A stretch of DNA of 64,000 bases from Gemmatimonadales bacterium. Its GTDB lineage: Bacteria; Gemmatimonadota; Gemmatimonadetes; Longimicrobiales; Gaopeijiaceae. Shown in pieces: positions 59,333 through 64,000 of the stretch (its first letter is position 1; the number at the start of each line of letters is the position of its first letter). The notes beneath the pieces are model-generated. The model made no database searches and was not told the DNA's origin. It saw only the letters and a list, made by a program, of their open reading frames with translations. The stretch covers positions 14,023 through 78,022 of the forward strand of contig CANMOI010000004.1 in assembly GCA_947499465.1 (NCBI GenBank). Direction: 5' to 3'. The position numbers and the translations under genes are program-made.

Positions 59333-59644
59333 ATGAGCAGGGACCACGAAGTCATCCTGCAGCCGGTCGTGAGCGAGAAGAGCACACGGCAGATGGAAGC
59401 TGCACAGACATACACGTTCAAGGTTGCGGTTGACGCGAACAAGATCGAGATCGCGAAAGCGGTCGAGAAGCTCTTCGACGTCACCGTTCTGAACGTTCGG
59501 ACGATGAACTACGCGGGCAAGGCGCGGCGGGCGTTGATGGCGCGCATGTCCAAGAGCCAGGGTCTGGGTAGGCGGCCCTCGTTCAAGAAGGCAGTGGTGA
59601 CCCTCGCCGAGGGTGACCACATCGAACTCTACGAGTCGGGCTGA
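59333..59644 (+). CDS. rplW: 50S ribosomal protein L23
   Basis: PVVSEKS, ANKIEI, KKAVVTL. Confidence 0.97.
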   Translation: MSRDHEVILQPVVSEKSTRQMEAAQTYTFKVAVDANKIEIAKAVEKLFDVTVLNVRTMNYAGKARRALMARMSKSQGLGRRPSFKKAVVTLAEGDHIELYESG

Positions 59645-59654
59645 GGACTGAGCG

Positions 59655-60494
59655 ATGGCGATCAAGAAATTCAAGCCGATCACTCCCGGAACCCGCTTCC
59701 GGTCCACCCTCAGGAACGAGGAGATCACCCGGTCTACGCCGGAGCGCTCGCTGCTCGAGCCGCTCAAGAGCAAGGGTGGGCGCAACCACCACGGCCACGT
59801 CACCATGCGGTGGCAGGGCGGCGGTCACAAGCGCGCCTATCGGAAGATCGACTTCAAGCGCGACAAGATCGGGATTCCGGGGAAGGTCGCCGAGATCGAG
59901 TACGATCCGAACCGGACCTCGAACATCGCGCTGATCCACTACGCGGACGGGGAGAAGCGCTATATCGTGCATCCCCAGGACCTCAAGGTTGGTGACACGA
60001 TCGTTTCCGGGCCCGAGGCGGACATCAAGATCGGAAACGCGGTGCCGCTCGGGAGCATCCCGCTCGGCACGACGGTGCACAACGTCGAGCTCAAGGCCGG
60101 AAAGGGCGCCCAGATGGCGCGCTCGGCCGGCTCGGGCGTGCAGGTGATGGCAAAGGAGGGCGACTACGTCACCCTGCGCCTTCCCTCCACCGAGATCCGG
60201 CGCGTGCGGCGTGAGTGTTATGCGGTAGTGGGCCAGGTCGGGAACCTCGACCACGAGCTCACCGTGATCGGCAAGGCGGGCGCGAACCGTTGGCGGGGCC
60301 GCATGCCACGCGTGCGCGGCGTGGCCATGAATCCGGTGGACCATCCGCTGGGCGGCGGTGAAGGCAAGGCGTCCGGCGGCCGGCCCCCGACGTCGCCCTG
60401 GGGCAAGCCCGAGGGCGTGAAGACACGGCACAAGAAGAAGCAGTCGAACAAAGACATCGTTCGCGGCAGGAAGCGCGGCAAGGCGACCAGGTAA
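59655..60494 (+). CDS. rplB: 50S ribosomal protein L2
   Basis: EYDPNR, MNPVDHP. Confidence 0.99.
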   Translation: MAIKKFKPITPGTRFRSTLRNEEITRSTPERSLLEPLKSKGGRNHHGHVTMRWQGGGHKRAYRKIDFKRDKIGIPGKVAEIEYDPNRTSNIALIHYADGEKRYIVHPQDLKVGDTIVSGPEADIKIGNAVPLGSIPLGTTVHNVELKAGKGAQMARSAGSGVQVMAKEGDYVTLRLPSTEIRRVRRECYAVVGQVGNLDHELTVIGKAGANRWRGRMPRVRGVAMNPVDHPLGGGEGKASGGRPPTSPWGKPEGVKTRHKKKQSNKDIVRGRKRGKATR

Positions 60495-60503
60495 GGAAGA
60501 GCC

Positions 60504-60851
60504 ATGGCACGTAGCGTAAAGAAGGGCCCGTACATCGACGACAAGCTCCTCCTGAAGGTGGAGGTGATGAATTCTCGGAACGAGAAGAAGGTCGTCAAAA
60601 CGTGGGCTCGCTCATCGACCATCTCGCCCGACTTCGTCGGCCACACGGTCGCCGTGCACAACGGCAACAAATTCATCCCCGTCTACGTGACGGAGAACAT
60701 GGTGGGCCACAAGCTCGGTGAGTTCGCCCCCACGCGGCTCTTTCGCGGACATGGCGGCAAGCTCTCGGACAAGCGCGCCGCCGCGGCGTCCGCGCCTGGC
60801 GGCGGGGCGCCGCCGGCGTCCGGCGGCGGCAAGCCGGCGAAGAAGGCCTAG
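60504..60851 (+). CDS. rpsS: 30S ribosomal protein S19 with low-complexity tail
   Basis: [13 protein letters not shown]. Confidence 0.98.
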   Translation: MARSVKKGPYIDDKLLLKVEVMNSRNEKKVVKTWARSSTISPDFVGHTVAVHNGNKFIPVYVTENMVGHKLGEFAPTRLFRGHGGKLSDKRAAAASAPGGGAPPASGGGKPAKKA

Positions 60852-60861
60852 GGGATAACCG

Positions 60862-61215
60862 ATGCAAGCCAAAGCGATCGCGAAGCACGTGAGGATGAGC
60901 CCGCGTAAGGTCCGCCTGGTGGTGGATCTGATCCGGGGCAAGAGCGTGGGCGAGGCCTACACCATCCTCCAGTTCTGCCCGAAGGCGGCTTCCGAGCCGA
61001 TCAACAAGACGCTGCGCTCGGCGGTGGCCAATGCCACGGTCAAGGCCCAGGACCAGGGCAAAGTGCTCGACGTGGACGACCTCTTCGTGAGCGAGATCCA
61101 CGCCGATCCGGGTCCGATCCTGCACCGGTTCCGTTCGGCGGCCATGGGAAGGGCAGCTCCGATCCAGAAGAAGACGAGCCACATCACGATCGTCGTGGAC
61201 AAGAGGGGTAACTGA
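60862..61215 (+). CDS. rplV: 50S ribosomal protein L22
   Basis: [19 protein letters not shown]. Confidence 0.98.
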   Translation: MQAKAIAKHVRMSPRKVRLVVDLIRGKSVGEAYTILQFCPKAASEPINKTLRSAVANATVKAQDQGKVLDVDDLFVSEIHADPGPILHRFRSAAMGRAAPIQKKTSHITIVVDKRGN

Positions 61216-61874
61216 TGGGCCAGAAGACACATCCGCACGGCTTCCGCCTCGGCGTCGTGAAAGACTGGCGTTCGCGCTGGTACGCTGAAAAGGACTTCCC
61301 GCGCCTCCTCAAGGAGGACGAGACCGTCCGGAAGTACTTGCACCGTCGTCTCGCCCACGCGGCTCTGTCGCACGTCGAGATCGAGCGTAAGCCCAGCAAG
61401 ATCGTGGTCACGCTGCACACCGCCCGTCCCGGAGTCGTGATCGGGAAGCGCGGCGCCGAGGTGGACAAGCTGCGCGACGAGCTGGCCATGCTCACGAGCG
61501 CCGAGATCTCGGTGAACGTCGAGGAGATCAAGCGCCCCGAGGTGGACGCGCGGCTCGTGGCCGAGAACGTCGCCCACCAGCTGCGTCAGCGGATCAGCTT
61601 CCGCCGCGCCATGAAGCGCGCGGTGCAGGCGGCGATCCGGAGCGGCGCCGAGGGCATCAAGATCGTGGCGTCCGGACGGCTCGGCGGCGCCGAGATCGCG
61701 CGGACCGAAGGTTACAACGAGGGGCGCGTGCCTCTCCACACGATTCGGGCCGACATCGACTACGCGCAGATCCACGCCTTCACGACCTACGGCACGATCG
61801 GGGTGAAGTGCTGGGTCTTCAAGGGTGAAGTGATCGAAGGTCGTGGGGGCCGCACCTACTCCACCGGCGCCTGA
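61215..61874 (+). CDS. rpsC: 30S ribosomal protein S3
   Basis: [17 protein letters not shown]. Confidence 0.99.
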   Translation: MGQKTHPHGFRLGVVKDWRSRWYAEKDFPRLLKEDETVRKYLHRRLAHAALSHVEIERKPSKIVVTLHTARPGVVIGKRGAEVDKLRDELAMLTSAEISVNVEEIKRPEVDARLVAENVAHQLRQRISFRRAMKRAVQAAIRSGAEGIKIVASGRLGGAEIARTEGYNEGRVPLHTIRADIDYAQIHAFTTYGTIGVKCWVFKGEVIEGRGGRTYSTGA

Positions 61875-61913
61875 TCAGAACAAGGCCAGAATTCAAGGAT
61901 AGGATAGAGCTAC

Positions 61914-62336
61914 ATGCTGGCACCGAAACGAGTTAAATACCGGCGGATGCACAAAGGCCGCATGCGGGGGAAGGCGACCCGCGGCAACCTCGTGTCGTTC
62001 GGCGAATACGGGCTTCAGGCCGCGGCCCCCGGCTGGATTACCAACCGGCAGATCGAGGCCGCGCGCGTGGCGATGACCCGCCACATCAAGCGCGGCGGAA
62101 AGGTTTGGATCCGGATCTTCCCGGACAAGCCGATCTCGAAGAAGCCGGCCGAGACGCGAATGGGAAAAGGAAAGGGCAACCCCGAGGGGTGGGTCGCCGT
62201 GGTGAAGCCCGGACGGGTGATGTTCGAGCTGGAGGGGATCGACGAAGCCACGGCTAGGAAGGCCATGGGCCTCGCGGCCGCCAAGCTCCCGATCAAGACC
62301 CGGTTCGTGATCCGCGACCAGCAGCTCGGGTCCTGA
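61914..62336 (+). CDS. rplP: 50S ribosomal protein L16
   Basis: RQIEAAR, RMGKGKG. Confidence 0.99.
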   Translation: MLAPKRVKYRRMHKGRMRGKATRGNLVSFGEYGLQAAAPGWITNRQIEAARVAMTRHIKRGGKVWIRIFPDKPISKKPAETRMGKGKGNPEGWVAVVKPGRVMFELEGIDEATARKAMGLAAAKLPIKTRFVIRDQQLGS

Positions 62337-62348
62337 GGAGAACGAGAG

Positions 62349-62552
62349 ATGAAGCCCGAAGAGATCAGGGAATGGGACAAAGCGGAGATCGAAACGCGCA
62401 TCGTGGAGCTCAAGGAGGAGCTGTTCCGGCTTAAGTTCCGGAGCGCCACCATGGCTCTCGAGAATCCGCGCCTCGTCCCGAACATCCGAAAGGATATCGC
62501 ACGCTTGAACACGATCCTGCGCGAGCGAGAGCTCGCCGCGCAGCGTAGCTAG
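62349..62552 (+). CDS. rpmC: 50S ribosomal protein L29
   Basis: [17 protein letters not shown]. Confidence 0.96.
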   Translation: MKPEEIREWDKAEIETRIVELKEELFRLKFRSATMALENPRLVPNIRKDIARLNTILRERELAAQRS

Positions 62553-62560
62553 GGGCCCGC

Positions 62561-62872
62561 ATGGCGGAAAACGAAGCGGTAGAAGGGACCGAGGGGACGG
62601 CGCCCGGCGCGAGCACGAGCGAGCGCAATCAGCGCAAGACGCGCGTGGGCACGGTGAAGAGCGACAAGTCCGACAAGACCGTGACGGTCGTCGTACAGCG
62701 TCGCGTCGCGCATCCCTTCTACGGCAAGCAGCTGACGCAGACCAAGAAGTACCACGCGCACGACGAGAAGAACGAGTACAAGGTCGGGGACGTGGTCCGC
62801 ATCGTGGAGACCCGGCCCCTGTCCAAGACCAAGCGTTGGCGCGTGGTCGAGCTGATCGAGCGGCCCGAGTAG
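62561..62872 (+). CDS. rpsQ: 30S ribosomal protein S17
   Basis: [16 protein letters not shown]. Confidence 0.98.
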   Translation: MAENEAVEGTEGTAPGASTSERNQRKTRVGTVKSDKSDKTVTVVVQRRVAHPFYGKQLTQTKKYHAHDEKNEYKVGDVVRIVETRPLSKTKRWRVVELIERPE

Positions 62873-62891
62873 GACTGACAAGGAAACTCAG

Positions 62892-63260
62892 ATGATTCAG
62901 CAAGAGTCAATCATCCGCATCGCGGACAATACGGGCGCCAAGAGCGCGCTGTGCATCCGCGTGCTGGGTGGATCGAAGCGGCGTTATGCCATGGTCGGGG
63001 ACGTGATCGTGATCACCGTCAAGGACGCGATCCCGAACGCCCCGGTGAAGAAGGGTGACGTGGCCAAGGCGGTCGTGGTCCGCACCAACAAGGAGATGCG
63101 GCGCCGGGACGGGACCTACATCCGTTTCGACGACAACGCCGCCGTGTTGATCGATCCCAAAGGGGAGCCGCGCGGGACGCGCATCTTCGGACCCGTGGGG
63201 CGCGAGCTCCGCGAGAAGAAGTACATGAAAATCGTCTCCCTCGCGCCCGAGGTGCTCTGA
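62892..63260 (+). CDS. rplN: 50S ribosomal protein L14
   Basis: [22 protein letters not shown]. Confidence 0.99.
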   Translation: MIQQESIIRIADNTGAKSALCIRVLGGSKRRYAMVGDVIVITVKDAIPNAPVKKGDVAKAVVVRTNKEMRRRDGTYIRFDDNAAVLIDPKGEPRGTRIFGPVGRELREKKYMKIVSLAPEVL

Positions 63261-63263
63261 GCG

Positions 63264-63623
63264 ATGGCGACCAAGAAGACGAACTCGGCGCGTGCCCCGA
63301 AGCTCGGCATCATGAAGGGTGACCGCGTGCGGGTGATCCGCGGCAACCAACGGGACACCGAGGGCACGGTCACGCGGGTGCTCCGCGACAAGCAGAAGGT
63401 CGTGGTCCAGGGCGTGAATCTGCGCAAGAAGCACACGCGTCCTAGCCCGACGAATCAGGAGGGTGGCATCATCTCCTTCGAGGCGCCGATCCATGTCTCG
63501 AACGTGATGCTGATCGATCCGACGAGCGGCGAGCCGACCCGCGTGAAGGCGCGGGTCGAGAAGGGCGGGGTCACCGAGCGGATTTCCGTGAAGAGCGGCA
63601 ACCCGATTCCGCGGCCTCACTAG
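63264..63623 (+). CDS. rplX: 50S ribosomal protein L24
   Basis: [17 protein letters not shown]. Confidence 0.98.
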   Translation: MATKKTNSARAPKLGIMKGDRVRVIRGNQRDTEGTVTRVLRDKQKVVVQGVNLRKKHTRPSPTNQEGGIISFEAPIHVSNVMLIDPTSGEPTRVKARVEKGGVTERISVKSGNPIPRPH

Positions 63624-63680
63624 ATCAGATTCAGAAACGCGGGCCGGTAAGCCCCCCGCGCCACTAGAACCGAGACGACG

Positions 63681-64000
63681 ATGGCGAAGAAGGACGAGAA
63701 GGAAGAGACGCCCAAGAAGAACAAGGGCGGCGCGCCTCCCAAGGGCGGAGAGCAGCAGCCCAAGAAGGAGAAGACGCCGAAGGCCGCCAAGGGCGAGCAG
63801 CTGGGCGGCACCAACGTGACCGGTAAGAGCGTCAAGCTCGAGTCCCGTCTACGGCGGCACTATCGCGACGTGGCTGCTCCCCGGCTGACCATGCAGTTCG
63901 GCTGGAAGAACAAGCACCAGGTTCCGCGCATCGAGAAGGTCAAGCTCAACGTGGGACTGGGCGAGGCCTCGAAGAACGCCAAGCTGCTCGACAGCGTGGT
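63681..64000 (+). CDS. rplE: 50S ribosomal protein L5 (partial, Lys-rich N-terminal extension)
   Basis: RLRRHYRD...VPRIEKVKLNVGLGEA; follows rplX. Confidence 0.93.
   Translation, partial: MAKKDEKEETPKKNKGGAPPKGGEQQPKKEKTPKAAKGEQLGGTNVTGKSVKLESRLRRHYRDVAAPRLTMQFGWKNKHQVPRIEKVKLNVGLGEASKNAKLLDSV

Overview
High-GC bacterial chromosome segment, most likely Gemmatimonadota (inferred from the variant EF-Tu effector region, the nrdJ-type C-terminus and the gene context). From 1 to 26 kb it is mostly housekeeping: the end of a probable nrdJ, a RelE-like toxin-antitoxin pair, an unannotated bTHX gene, a decayed GT4 glycosyltransferase, rocD, a three-gene pnt transhydrogenase, yggX, a DksA-like gene, rnd, a pyk-pgi to smpB-amidase-pyrD-pyrF-cysS run and a secreted MBL-fold hydrolase. 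From 26 to 37 kb it is accessory: furA-katG, a deleted PD-(D/E)XK nuclease abutting tRNA-Thr(TGT), a CopG/DUF1326/DUF2182 metal module, an NHL protein, an S8 remnant and a DPP-IV. From 37 to 64 kb lie tRNA-Tyr/Gly/Thr-rpmG-secE-nusG-rplKAJL-rpoBC, a 3.5-kb interruption (outer-membrane protein, membrane protein, mltF), then the str and S10 operons and the start of spc. The most interesting signals are non-coding or fall below the ORF cut-off: (1) a riboswitch-like leader with a three-way junction and terminator/antiterminator in front of an unannotated 56-aa basic protein divergent from bTHX; (2) a ~170-nt multibranched RNA between rpsG and fusA; (3) a ~190-nt structured RNA between tRNA-Gly and tRNA-Thr; (4) a strand-swapped uL1-binding site before rplA. 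Several accessory genes carry deletion scars or indels, some of which could be assembly errors. All RNA folds were done by eye.
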